Below, one piece after another: positions 31,471-40,992 of a stretch of DNA of 64,000 nt. The notes beneath the pieces are model-generated. The model was not told where the DNA came from, did no database searches, and saw only the letters and a program-made list of their open reading frames with translations. The DNA lies in contig JAYUPL010000007.1 of NCBI GenBank assembly GCA_043760135.1, forward strand, positions 106-64,105, given 5' to 3'. Within the stretch, counting starts at the first letter, position 1. Every line of letters starts with the position of its first letter. The stretch comes from Candidatus Parcubacteria bacterium (GTDB lineage: Bacteria > Patescibacteriota > Minisyncoccia > Phycocordibacterales > CAIZLB01). The position numbers and the translations under genes are program-made.

Positions 31471-32058
31471 ATGAACATTACATCAGATCAGATCAAAGCG
31501 CTTAGAGAAAAAACTGGTATTTCAGTTATGCAATGTAAAAAAGCATTGGAAGAGGCAGAAGGTGATGAGGCTAAGGCTATCATCATCCTAAAGAAAAAAG
31601 GTGCTGAACAAGCAGCTAAAAAAGCAGATCGTGAATTTGGTGCTGGAATTGTAGAAGCCTACATCCACTCAAACGGCTTAGTTGGATCTATTATAGAGTT
31701 GGCATCAGAAACAGATTTTGTGTCAAACAATGCAGAATTCAAAACATTGGCCAAAGATATCGCGATGCAAGTTACTGCAACTGCACCTGAGTTTTTAAGA
31801 CAAACTGATATAGACGAGACTACGGCCCAAAAAGCTAAAGAATTGTTTACAAAAGAGATTGTCGATAAACCAGCTGAAATGCAAGAGAAGATCCTACAAG
31901 GAAAGATGGATTCATACTTCAAAGATCAAGTATTGTTAAATCAAGATTTTATCAAGAATCCTGAGATGACAATTCAAATGATGCTTGATAATGCTATGCA
32001 AAAGTTTGGTGAGCGTATTGAGATAACTCGCTTCAAAAGATTTGAAATTGGAAAGTAA
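31471..32058 (+). CDS. tsf: elongation factor Ts (short form, 195 aa)
   Basis: N-terminal UBA-like 'IKALREKTGISVMQCKKALEEAEGDEAKAII'; downstream of rpsB. Confidence 0.8.
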   Translation: MNITSDQIKALREKTGISVMQCKKALEEAEGDEAKAIIILKKKGAEQAAKKADREFGAGIVEAYIHSNGLVGSIIELASETDFVSNNAEFKTLAKDIAMQVTATAPEFLRQTDIDETTAQKAKELFTKEIVDKPAEMQEKILQGKMDSYFKDQVLLNQDFIKNPEMTIQMMLDNAMQKFGERIEITRFKRFEIGK

Positions 32059-32197
32059 TTAGTGTATACTGGGTTTGTCAAAAGGTTATCTTACCCTGAA
32101 GACAAGGCGTTTGTTCCCCTAGCGATGCACGTATCCTTCCATGGTGGAAGGATCTACGGAAGCGTCAACATCGACAGGGAACTACGCCTCCACTTTT

Positions 32198-32270
32198 GCC
32201 GTTTTAGCTCAGTTGGTAGAGCAACTGTTTTGTAAACAGTAGGTCCCCAGTTCGAATCTGGGAAGCGGCT
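32198..32270 (+). tRNA. tRNA-Thr (anticodon TGT)
   Basis: Acceptor GCCGTTT/AAGCGGC, anticodon loop TTTGTAA, T-arm CCCAGTTCGAATCTGGG. Confidence 0.8.
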
Positions 32271-32275
32271 CCGAT

Positions 32276-32839
32276 ATGTTTGAACCTTATTCATCAACAA
32301 GAAAATCAACGACAGCTTCAAATAATTTTGAGGCCAATACCGTTGAGAAGATGAGAATGGAAAATTTGAAGAAAGAAAAAGAACGAAGAGAGAAGGAAAG
32401 ATATAAGATGGAATACGATGCAAAGAAAAGAGAATTTGACCGGCACAGTGCTGACAAAGCTCGTTTTGAGTTGGAAAAAAGAAGATTGGAAATAGAGCTT
32501 AAAAAATATGAGACTGACACACTATCGACTTTACGAGATGAAAAGAAATACGATATTGAAAAAATGCATCTGACTGACGAAGAAAGTGTAATCAATAAAA
32601 AAATTCAAACTATGGAGGTTGAATTACAACAATTAAAAAACAAAGCTCAAAAGTTGAAGGTGGATAAAGAATCATCAACCAGAAAAGATAGAGAATTATT
32701 GTCTGACATTACTAAGAAGAATGCCTATATTCAATCAATCAATTTGAAATTAGCAGCAGCAGAAAGAAATTTGGCTGAAGCAAATAGACAGGTAACACAT
32801 TTAAATACAGATTTAATAAATTTAAAGAAATATGCGTAA
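32276..32839 (+). CDS. K/E/R-rich coiled-coil hypothetical protein
   Basis: ORF; heptad-like charged repeats. Confidence 0.4.
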   Translation: MFEPYSSTRKSTTASNNFEANTVEKMRMENLKKEKERREKERYKMEYDAKKREFDRHSADKARFELEKRRLEIELKKYETDTLSTLRDEKKYDIEKMHLTDEESVINKKIQTMEVELQQLKNKAQKLKVDKESSTRKDRELLSDITKKNAYIQSINLKLAAAERNLAEANRQVTHLNTDLINLKKYA

Positions 32840-34361
32840 AGTAGCACTGATAATAATGGATGGTTGGGGAATGGGTGAAGAAAATGAAAAGAATGCGATT
32901 CATATGGCGAAGACTCCATTCTTTGACCACTGTCTAAAAACATACCCACATGCATTTTTAGAAGCCTCAGGATTGGCTGTAGGTCTACCTGAAGGTCAGA
33001 TGGGAAATAGTGAGATCGGGCACACAACTATTGGTGCCGGCTCTGCAATCGATACTGATCTTGTAATGATAGAGAAATCTATTAAAGATAATTCATTTTT
33101 TGAGAATGAGGCTTTTTTGCGTTTGATAAATCATGCAAAAACATACAACTCCAAGATCCACATGATTGGGTTATTGTCAGATGGCGGTGTTCATAGTCAT
33201 AACACTCATATTTATGCATTTTTAAAATTGGCGAAACATCAAGGATTAGATAAAAACCAAGTTGTACTGCATATATTTACAGATGGTCGCGATGTGTCTG
33301 GGGGAACAGCAGTAAAATATATTAAAGAATTGGAAAGTGAAATAGTTAAAATAGATATGGGGGTGATAGGCTCATTTGGAGGGAGATATTATGGAATGGA
33401 TAGAGCTGGTAATCATGAACGAATAGAACACGTTACAAATATCCTTTTTAAGGCAGAAGGAAATGTATTAAATTTGCACGAGACGTCTATTGCTGATTTT
33501 ATAGAAAATGAATATGTACAAAAAGATCCAACTGGAAAGATTGATGAATATTTTGAACACTATTTATGTATACATGATCATGAAAATCCACGTAAATATA
33601 TTATAGATAAAAATGATGGAATATTTTTCTTTAATTTTAGAGCCGATCGTGCGAAGCAATTAACCAAAGCGATCTTGGATAAACAAGAAGAATATAATCT
33701 ACACTTTGTTTCAATGGCTCAATATGGTGAGGATTTGAAAACTGATGCTGCATTTAAACCAGCATATATTGTGACAACATTAGGAAAAGAATTATCTTCA
33801 AGAAAAATCAAGCACGCTCATATCTCTGAATCTGAGAAATTTCCTCATGTAACTTTTTTTATGAATGGACAATCTGATATTGTGCAAGAGGGAGAAACGC
33901 AAAAGAAAATTGAAAGTCGAACTGATGTTAAAACACATGATGAAGCGCCAGAGATGAAATCTAAAGAAATAGTTGATGCGGCGATCGAAGCGTTTGCGGA
34001 TCATGATGTGGTGATTATTAATTTTCCCAATACCGATGTGGTTGGGCATACAGGGAATATAAAAGCGGTTATGGCAGCTGCAGAGACTGTGGACATGGAA
34101 ACTAAAAGATTAGCTGACTACGTTGCTCGTGTGGGTGGTGTATCTCTAATAACAGCAGATCATGGAAATGCTGAGGTGATGATTGATGGTGATGGTGCGA
34201 TGCATGTGGCTCATACGACAAACTTGGTACCATTTATTGTGACTGATACAAGTATAGAAATAAAAAGACCAGTGGGGACATTGGCTGATATTGCACCGAC
34301 GATATTGAAGTTGTGTGGAGTAGATAATGTAAAGGGGATGAAGGGGAAGAGTGTATTGTAA
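32832..34361 (+). CDS. gpmI: 2,3-bisphosphoglycerate-independent phosphoglycerate mutase
   Basis: 'ALIIMDGWG', 'GNSEIGHTTIGAG', ~509 aa. Confidence 0.9.
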   Translation: MRKVALIIMDGWGMGEENEKNAIHMAKTPFFDHCLKTYPHAFLEASGLAVGLPEGQMGNSEIGHTTIGAGSAIDTDLVMIEKSIKDNSFFENEAFLRLINHAKTYNSKIHMIGLLSDGGVHSHNTHIYAFLKLAKHQGLDKNQVVLHIFTDGRDVSGGTAVKYIKELESEIVKIDMGVIGSFGGRYYGMDRAGNHERIEHVTNILFKAEGNVLNLHETSIADFIENEYVQKDPTGKIDEYFEHYLCIHDHENPRKYIIDKNDGIFFFNFRADRAKQLTKAILDKQEEYNLHFVSMAQYGEDLKTDAAFKPAYIVTTLGKELSSRKIKHAHISESEKFPHVTFFMNGQSDIVQEGETQKKIESRTDVKTHDEAPEMKSKEIVDAAIEAFADHDVVIINFPNTDVVGHTGNIKAVMAAAETVDMETKRLADYVARVGGVSLITADHGNAEVMIDGDGAMHVAHTTNLVPFIVTDTSIEIKRPVGTLADIAPTILKLCGVDNVKGMKGKSVL

Positions 34362-34403
34362 AAAAAAGTGCCCATCCTGGAGAATTCCAGGATGGGCTTT
34401 TTG
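34362..34403. terminator. rho-independent bidirectional terminator after gpmI
   Basis: A-run, 'GCCCATCCTGGAGAATTCCAGGATGGGC' perfect hairpin, T-run. Confidence 0.65.
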
Positions 34404-34410
34404 GTTGTCG

Positions 34411-34656
34411 TCACCGCATGCTGTTGATGGTAAGTGCGAAGAGATTGATTCGATCAGGATCAGTGAGGTAGTTTGCTCTTTCACATTGACACTGGTATTC
34501 TCTCATTCGATTATCGACGAACGTGAACTGGTCTTCGTCCTCTAGAATCACATCTTTTCTGACCCCGCAGGTAACCTCCTTAAGGAAGGTTTCCATCGCT
34601 TTTGAACTTTTTTGTTCGGCGAGTTCTCTCAGATATTGTTTTGCTGGCATGCTCAT
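34411..34656 (-). CDS. hypothetical protein (81 aa, Cys-containing), higher G+C
   Basis: ORF track only. Confidence 0.3.
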   Translation of the reverse strand: MSMPAKQYLRELAEQKSSKAMETFLKEVTCGVRKDVILEDEDQFTFVDNRMREYQCQCERANYLTDPDRINLFALTINSMR

Positions 34657-34804
34657 AATTGTATGGTGTTCGTTGTTTATTTACTCAAATTAAAACAGTG
34701 TATATATTATATCAATATTAGATATATTTGTCAAGTATGGACATTCCACTATCAAAAAATGGTATAATTATAATTATTAATAAATAAATAATAAAAATAA
34801 ACAT

Positions 34805-34975
34805 ATGCAAGAATCAAACGGATCATCATCAAATTTAATAATAGGAATCATATTAGGTATTTTAATTATAGGAGGAGTTCTTCTGTATATGAGAAATCAA
34901 GCACCAGCTGCAAATGACTCTCTGGATGTTAATGTAACATTGCCAACAACACAAGACGAGACAAACGGAAGATAA
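34805..34975 (+). CDS. possible small membrane peptide (56 aa)
   Basis: Hand translation gives 'MQESNGSSSNLIIGIILGILIIGGVLLYMRNQAPAAND...'; below the ORF-track cutoff. Confidence 0.3.
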   Translation: MQESNGSSSNLIIGIILGILIIGGVLLYMRNQAPAANDSLDVNVTLPTTQDETNGR

Positions 34976-34978
34976 TTT

Positions 34979-35143
34979 ATGGATCGGAAAAAGCTTGTGA
35001 TGTTTGGAACTATTGTTGGAGGATATGCGGGTAGTTATATCCCGGCTCTTTGGGGTGCAGGTGGTTTGTCTATGTGGGGGCTTTTATTCGGAGCTATGGG
35101 AAGTTTGGTTGGAATTTGGGTAGGGTTTAGGTTGGGTGAGTAA
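34979..35143 (+). CDS. possible small glycine-zipper membrane peptide (54 aa)
   Basis: Hand translation gives 'MDRKKLVMFGTIVGGYAGSYIPALWGAGGLSMWGLLFGAMGSLVGIWVGFRLGE'. Confidence 0.3.
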   Translation: MDRKKLVMFGTIVGGYAGSYIPALWGAGGLSMWGLLFGAMGSLVGIWVGFRLGE

Positions 35144-35202
35144 ATTCAGGTTTTCTTTAGAACTTCTTAATCAAAACTTTACCACCTCTCTGGTAAAGTT
35201 TT

Positions 35203-35730
35203 TTGATGGAATACAGAAAACCTAAAAAATCACTTTTTATATCAAAACAAATTAGAAATTTAAATAGTGAGGAAAAGATATATCTCGAGAATTTAAAAAA
35301 AGTTTTAAACAAAGAAAGTGATATTGAAACCATTGGGAATATTCCGGGTTATTTATGTTTTGATAAAAAAGAAAGACCCTTAATTTTATCTCGAGAGATT
35401 GTCGATAAGATAGAAAATGATCATGGTTCAATTTGCTCTCAAAATATGATTATTAACATTTTTGAATGGGAATATGCAACTACTAATGTATTAGGTAATC
35501 CTGATAAAATAAATCTTATTAAAAATATACCCGATTCTGATAATTATCTCTTAGTGGCAGCTGTTAGGATTAATGGCTTTTTTGTACTTACTCATTTTGA
35601 AATTGAAGCTAAAAATGGTAACAATTTAAAACGCCTCCTCGACAGAGGGAGCGTTTTAAATAGGGTCTCTTCTATAGCCTGTACTACCAATCAAGACTTG
35701 AATTCAAGTCAATCTAGAGAAGTTGTCTAG
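35203..35730 (+). CDS. hypothetical protein, copy B of the ~160-aa paralogous family (C-terminally extended)
   Basis: Full-length alignment to copies A and C. Confidence 0.5.
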   Translation: MMEYRKPKKSLFISKQIRNLNSEEKIYLENLKKVLNKESDIETIGNIPGYLCFDKKERPLILSREIVDKIENDHGSICSQNMIINIFEWEYATTNVLGNPDKINLIKNIPDSDNYLLVAAVRINGFFVLTHFEIEAKNGNNLKRLLDRGSVLNRVSSIACTTNQDLNSSQSREVV

Positions 35731-35833
35731 CGTCAAAGGTAATGGTTGTATTTTAGCAAAAGTTTGATTTATGTCAAATAATACACAAGTATTTCCTTTT
35801 GACTTTTTACCTCAAATAATATAGGTTTTATAT

Positions 35834-36103
35834 ATGAAAAACATATATAAGGCCTTTATTTGTATACTCGCTTTAACAGTACTGGCTCCGTCAGCTGAAG
35901 CCTATTCGTATGGATATAATACGTACAATCCGTACCAATACCATTACCAAAATTATGATTACCGAGATTTTAGTACAAGACCAAATTACACTTATTCGAG
36001 TATTCCAACTATTGTAACTCGACTTAATTTTACGAACTCGTATGTACCTTTTACGAACTCACGAATAAGTTATAGTTCGTATGTGCCGATTTATTATAGA
36101 TAA
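35834..36103 (+). CDS. small secreted Tyr-rich protein
   Basis: Signal peptide 'ILALTVLAPSAEA' then Y/N/P-rich sequence. Confidence 0.4.
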   Translation: MKNIYKAFICILALTVLAPSAEAYSYGYNTYNPYQYHYQNYDYRDFSTRPNYTYSSIPTIVTRLNFTNSYVPFTNSRISYSSYVPIYYR

Positions 36104-36145
36104 TTTCTCTCATTTATTTATGAATTACGATATACTATTTGTATT

Positions 36146-36439
36146 ATGTCAGAAAAAATATTAACACCAGAATCTCTACAAGAAGGAACCGATCTATATG
36201 ATGGGTTTATACTATCTGCCCTTGAAGGTGATTTAGATTTTGGAATATTGGATCCTGAGACCTTGTTTAAGATTCATGAACGATTGATGCACTATGTAGA
36301 GATACGTAAATCTGTAGATAAACCAGGAGAGGAACCATTTGCATATTTAGAAGCGAAAGGGTTGACTGATAAGCTGGGTATAGATATTGATGATGAATCT
36401 CTTGCAATGATAATAGGAGACTGTGAGGCATATATGTAA
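36146..36439 (+). CDS. hypothetical acidic protein
   Basis: ORF track only. Confidence 0.3.
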   Translation: MSEKILTPESLQEGTDLYDGFILSALEGDLDFGILDPETLFKIHERLMHYVEIRKSVDKPGEEPFAYLEAKGLTDKLGIDIDDESLAMIIGDCEAYM

Positions 36440-36458
36440 TTTGCTATACTAAACCTAT

Positions 36459-37043
36459 ATGAAAAAATATTTCCCACACTTGTTACTTGCGATATATGTT
36501 ATTGAATTTATTGTTCTTGGAATTAGTCCATACTCAAGAGCGGTGTGGTATGCAGAAAACTTACCTATAGTCGCATTGGTGGCAGTGATGACAATTTTAT
36601 ACTATAAGAAAGTTCGATTTTCTAATCTAACTTATTTTCTGATATTTATTTTACCTTTTTGGCATACAATAGGAGGTCACTATACGTTTGAGAAAGTTCC
36701 ATTCCAATGGTTTAGTGATTTGTTTGGATTTGAGAGAAATATGTTTGATCGTATTGGACACTTTGCAGTTGGTTTTTATGCCTTGCCGATAATGGAGTAT
36801 GTATATAGTCGAGGGATTATTAAGAGTAAATTGGTGACGATTTTGTATGGTATTTTTGCTATTGCGTTTGTTGCGGCCTGTTATGAATGGATTGAATGGA
36901 TTTATGCTGTTATGTATGGTGGGGAGGCTGGTGCGGCGTTTTTAGGGTCCCAGGGGGATGTGTGGGACGCACAGAAGGATATGTTGATGGATGTGTTGGG
37001 TGCGGTGGTTGGGTCTATTGTTTGGATATTTAAAAAGAGATAA
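36459..37043 (+). CDS. integral membrane protein (possibly YjdF/DUF2238-like)
   Basis: Four or five predicted TM helices; family assignment is tentative. Confidence 0.4.
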   Translation: MKKYFPHLLLAIYVIEFIVLGISPYSRAVWYAENLPIVALVAVMTILYYKKVRFSNLTYFLIFILPFWHTIGGHYTFEKVPFQWFSDLFGFERNMFDRIGHFAVGFYALPIMEYVYSRGIIKSKLVTILYGIFAIAFVAACYEWIEWIYAVMYGGEAGAAFLGSQGDVWDAQKDMLMDVLGAVVGSIVWIFKKR

Positions 37044-37579
37044 TGATGCCTCCATACACACTGAACACCCGAAAAAATTTAAAAAATCTTCGTATTACGA
37101 TAACTCGAACTGGAGAGATTATTTTATCTAAACCAAATCGAATACCACTTTTAATTGCTGAAAATTTTATCCTATCCAAATCCGACTGGATAAACTCACA
37201 GCTGGAAAAAATAAAATCGGCACCTCAACAAACTCCACACATAAAATTAACTAAAAAAGATTACCTACGCTTAAAACCCCTCGCGCTCAAACTAACCACA
37301 GAAAAACTCGCACTTTACAACCGTCACTACAACCTCCCATACAAAAACATCACAATCAAAAATACCAAAACTCGCTGGGGATCATGCTCACACCGCGGCA
37401 ACTTAAATTTCAATTATAAAATCGCCCTCATCCCGGAACAACTTCAAAACTACATCGTCGTCCACGAACTCTGCCACCGCGGACAGTTTAATCATTCTCA
37501 AAAATTCTGGGACCTCGTCGCAGAAACAATTCCAAACCACCTCGAACTGAGGAGGGAATTACGGAAAATACATCTTTAG
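37043..37579 (+). CDS. YgjP/DUF45-family metal-dependent hydrolase (HExxH)
   Basis: C-terminal 'VVHELCHRGQFNHSQKFWDLV'. Confidence 0.6.
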   Translation: MMPPYTLNTRKNLKNLRITITRTGEIILSKPNRIPLLIAENFILSKSDWINSQLEKIKSAPQQTPHIKLTKKDYLRLKPLALKLTTEKLALYNRHYNLPYKNITIKNTKTRWGSCSHRGNLNFNYKIALIPEQLQNYIVVHELCHRGQFNHSQKFWDLVAETIPNHLELRRELRKIHL

Positions 37580-37639
37580 TCTACATTGACTTTTTTTATA
37601 TAGAATGTTAGAATCCACGCATCTAACAACACAATTAGA

Positions 37640-37945
37640 ATGCACAAAATAGACAACGAAAAAGTTCTTCGACCGCTTATAGAGAGGTTCGAAGCCCTTA
37701 GTCATCAAGGTTTCAGCCATGGAAGAAGAGATCATGATCTCGATGACTTATTTGCAGAACTGGTTCTTACCAAGCTTGGTCCGGGTGAAAAAGAATTCAA
37801 ACCTGAGGATACTTCAAAAGTTTGGAGCCGATGCTTTAGCTACAAGAGCTCTGATCATACCTGCAAGATTTTCCTCCGAGTAAAAATAGTTAAAGGTAAA
37901 AAGGGACAGAGTAGCTTTGAAGTCGAAACTAAATTCAAGAAATAA
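37640..37945 (+). CDS. hypothetical protein (101 aa)
   Basis: ORF; overlaps the next ORF by 29 nt. Confidence 0.3.
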   Translation: MHKIDNEKVLRPLIERFEALSHQGFSHGRRDHDLDDLFAELVLTKLGPGEKEFKPEDTSKVWSRCFSYKSSDHTCKIFLRVKIVKGKKGQSSFEVETKFKK

Positions 37946-38279
37946 CAATCAGCCAACTCAGATGAAACAGAAACTTCGCAATCTCATTACCGATCTCCAC
38001 CATGCTTCAAAATTACCACCTAGCGATATACGCAACAGGAGTATTTGTGACTTTTTCAAGCGAGCGGTAATGCTCGGTCTCCAAGAAGACAAACAGAAGG
38101 GTGTTATTTACACTCAGATTGAAACTGAGTTTGAACTATCTTCGATTCTCAATCTCTGGTTCAGTGACCCTGGACAAGGTATTGATATTCTCATTGTAGT
38201 TGAGCTTGGGAAGAATCCACTTAATACTACTGTCATGATCGACCGCGAGCGCATCGATGAAGATGCTGAAGAAGTATGA
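37917..38279 (+). CDS. hypothetical protein (120 aa)
   Basis: ORF track only. Confidence 0.3.
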   Translation: MKSKLNSRNNNQPTQMKQKLRNLITDLHHASKLPPSDIRNRSICDFFKRAVMLGLQEDKQKGVIYTQIETEFELSSILNLWFSDPGQGIDILIVVELGKNPLNTTVMIDRERIDEDAEEV

Positions 38280-38356
38280 TCTCACTCATGGTTGCAAGTT
38301 ACCCTACCAAAACTTGCTCCTCCTCCGGGAGGTATTTTTTATAGTATAATTAAACT

Positions 38357-39157
38357 ATGAAAACGTATCAAAAAAACATCACCCTCTTCGTGATTCTTTC
38401 CTTGTGTCTTTTTGTGTATTTTTCAAAAAAAGAAAAAGAAGTTGTGGTTCCTTCAACTGTAGCTACCACCACCGATATTTTTATTAATGATGTAAACGAG
38501 TTTTATACAATTTCAGCACAGTATCCGAAAGAGCTTTGGGACAAAGATTTTACCATGGAAAAAGATGTGCTTACTATTGTAAATCAAAAAAAAGAAGAAT
38601 GGAAAATAGGTGGTCCGGTAAATAATGAAGAAAAGGCGATAACTATGCAGTATCCAGATCGTCCTATTTTAAAATATGAATTAAACATTAAGTTTGATAA
38701 ATTTGAGTCAAAAGATAAAGGTACTGTAAGTTATGTATTTAAAAATTATGAGTTTACAGGTGGGGCTCATGGGGGTACTGGACTGGTAACATACACATTC
38801 GATAAAAACGGTATTGTGAATATTGGAGATATTTTAGACTTAACAAGTAGTGGTCATTCTTTGGCCATAAGTAAAATAATGAGAGATAAGCTAAAAGTGT
38901 CATTAGGTGAATTGCATAATGCAGAGATGTTGGATGGCGGACTTGGTTTGCAGTTTATAAATGCCAATGGAAATTCTAATGCTATAACTGGTGATGCGTT
39001 TAATTTTTCTGCGAATTTTAATAACTTTGTAGTGTTGGATGAGGGGATTAGATTTATTTTTGGGCAATATCAAGTTGCTCCGTATGCTGCTGGTATACCC
39101 GAGGTGTTATTGACTTGGGAGGAACTTAGTCCGTATTTAAAAAAGTATGCTCGTTAA
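38357..39157 (+). CDS. membrane-anchored protein, possibly DUF3298/DUF4163 (RsiV-like) fold
   Basis: N-terminal TM; 'YEFTGGAHGGTG' resembles the DUF3298 'tGGAHG' motif (from memory). Confidence 0.35.
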   Translation: MKTYQKNITLFVILSLCLFVYFSKKEKEVVVPSTVATTTDIFINDVNEFYTISAQYPKELWDKDFTMEKDVLTIVNQKKEEWKIGGPVNNEEKAITMQYPDRPILKYELNIKFDKFESKDKGTVSYVFKNYEFTGGAHGGTGLVTYTFDKNGIVNIGDILDLTSSGHSLAISKIMRDKLKVSLGELHNAEMLDGGLGLQFINANGNSNAITGDAFNFSANFNNFVVLDEGIRFIFGQYQVAPYAAGIPEVLLTWEELSPYLKKYAR

Positions 39158-39169
39158 GTATTCTGTAAA

Positions 39170-39207
39170 TAAAAAACCACCCCCGCGAACACTTGGTTCG
39201 CACGGGG
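39170..39207. terminator. GC-rich hairpin terminator between convergent genes
   Basis: 'AAAAAACCA CCCCGCGAAC acttg GTTCGCACGGGG'. Confidence 0.5.
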
Positions 39208-39221
39208 CACGGGGGAATGGG

Positions 39222-39494
39222 TTATGCAGCACGGCTGCGTTGTTGTTGGTTGGGTTTACTGGCTTCTCTGATCCAGCTGGTAATCTCGTTGTGTACGAGG
39301 TTTGCCAGTTCTGCAGGTGACTTTTCGTCGATTTGAATTGCACTAAGCCAAGCGATTAAGTGTCTCTCATCTTCTTGGTTGAGTTGACTGTTGTCTTGGT
39401 CTGTGTGCGCAGCGATGTGGGCAATCAAGTTTTTGAATCTCAAATCTTCGCGTTTATTTGAGATTCCTTCGAGTATGGTTATTGTTGGTTTCAT
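39222..39494 (-). CDS. hypothetical protein (90 aa), higher G+C
   Basis: ORF track only. Confidence 0.3.
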   Translation of the reverse strand: MKPTITILEGISNKREDLRFKNLIAHIAAHTDQDNSQLNQEDERHLIAWLSAIQIDEKSPAELANLVHNEITSWIREASKPNQQQRSRAA

Positions 39495-39639
39495 GATTTA
39501 TCATAATGGGCTCTACATAATATGTAATATCATTATATATGGCTTTGTCAACCTTGCCACATCACCAAACAAGCTCTTAATAAAATAAACCATTCGAGGA
39601 AAGAATGGTTTATTTATATGTTAGGTTTGGAAAAAGAAT

Positions 39640-40929
39640 CTATTTGTTGAGCGCCTTAACCCCAGCAAACACAGCCTTCTTTCCAAGTTGTTCCTCAATT
39701 CGAAGCAACTCATTATATTTCGCAACCCTATCAGTTCGACATAATGATCCTGTCTTAATTTGACCACATCCTGTTCCAACCACAAAGTGTGAAATAGTTG
39801 TATCTTCAGTCTCACCTGATCGATGGGATATGATTGCAGTCATCCCAGCTTTGTGTGCCATTTTCACAGCCCTGATAGTTTCTGTAACTGTACCGATTTG
39901 ATTTAGTTTTATAAGAATAGAGTTACCGGCTTTGGTATCAATTCCTTTTTGTAATCTCTCAATATTTGTTACAAAAAGATCATCTCCAACAACTTGAACT
40001 TTTGTTCCCATAAGTTTTGTACATTCTTGATATCCTTCCCAATCATCTTCAGCAAATCCATCCTCGATAGAAAGGATTGGATATTTTTTACACCAAGTTT
40101 TATATAGTTGTACCATTTCTTTTGAAGATAATTTTTTACCCTCTCTTTCTAGATCGTACACACCATCTTTATATAATTCTGATGCGGCAACATCCATCGC
40201 AATACCAACATCTTTTCCTAATTTGTATCCAGCAATTTTCACAGCTTTAGAAATAATCTCAATCGCTGCTTCGTTCGATGGAAGTGATGGGGCATATCCA
40301 CCTTCATCTCCTGTAGTTGTGGTCATACCCTGATCTTTTAACATTTTCTTTAAGTGGTGGAAAATTTCAGCACCCATACGAAGCGCCTCGCGAAAAGTTC
40401 TCGCCCCGATCGGCATAATCATAAACTCTTGAAAATCTGTTGAGTTTGTTGCATGTTGTCCACCATTTAAAATATTCATCATTGGTAATGGAAGAGAAAT
40501 TTTCTTTCCAGTTTTAGCAATAGATGCAAAATACATATACAGAGGTTTTTTCATTGATGCGGCTGCAGCATGTGAGAATGCCATTGATACACCAAGGATT
40601 GCATTTGCCCCCAAGTTTGATTTTGTATTTGTACCGTCAAGTTTAATCATCGCTTCATCAAGTGTAGTTTGATCCCAAGTTTTTCCAACCAAAGCTTTTT
40701 TAAGTTTTGTATTTACATTTGCCACAGCTTTCAAAACACCTTTTCCAAGATATCTTTTTTTATCACCATCGCGAAGTTCGATCGCTTCATATGACCCAGT
40801 TGAAGCACCTGAAGGAACGGCGGCACGACCAAAAGAACCATCTTTAAGTAAAACATCTACTTCGACAGTAGGATTACCACGAGAGTCTAAGATTTCACGA
40901 CCAGTAATGTTTTTTATCGTTAACGACAT
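39640..40929 (-). CDS. eno: enolase
   Basis: '[19 protein letters not shown]', 'SHRSGETED', 429 aa. Confidence 0.9.
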   Translation of the reverse strand: MSLTIKNITGREILDSRGNPTVEVDVLLKDGSFGRAAVPSGASTGSYEAIELRDGDKKRYLGKGVLKAVANVNTKLKKALVGKTWDQTTLDEAMIKLDGTNTKSNLGANAILGVSMAFSHAAAASMKKPLYMYFASIAKTGKKISLPLPMMNILNGGQHATNSTDFQEFMIMPIGARTFREALRMGAEIFHHLKKMLKDQGMTTTTGDEGGYAPSLPSNEAAIEIISKAVKIAGYKLGKDVGIAMDVAASELYKDGVYDLEREGKKLSSKEMVQLYKTWCKKYPILSIEDGFAEDDWEGYQECTKLMGTKVQVVGDDLFVTNIERLQKGIDTKAGNSILIKLNQIGTVTETIRAVKMAHKAGMTAIISHRSGETEDTTISHFVVGTGCGQIKTGSLCRTDRVAKYNELLRIEEQLGKKAVFAGVKALNK

Positions 40930-40992
40930 ATGTTTGTATTTATGAATTTTAATTATTTATATAATGACTGATACATGATATCATAGATTCAT

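Noticed and set aside
39621-39815. 64-aa minus-strand ORF
   Set aside because: Overlaps the 3' end of eno in another frame; spurious.
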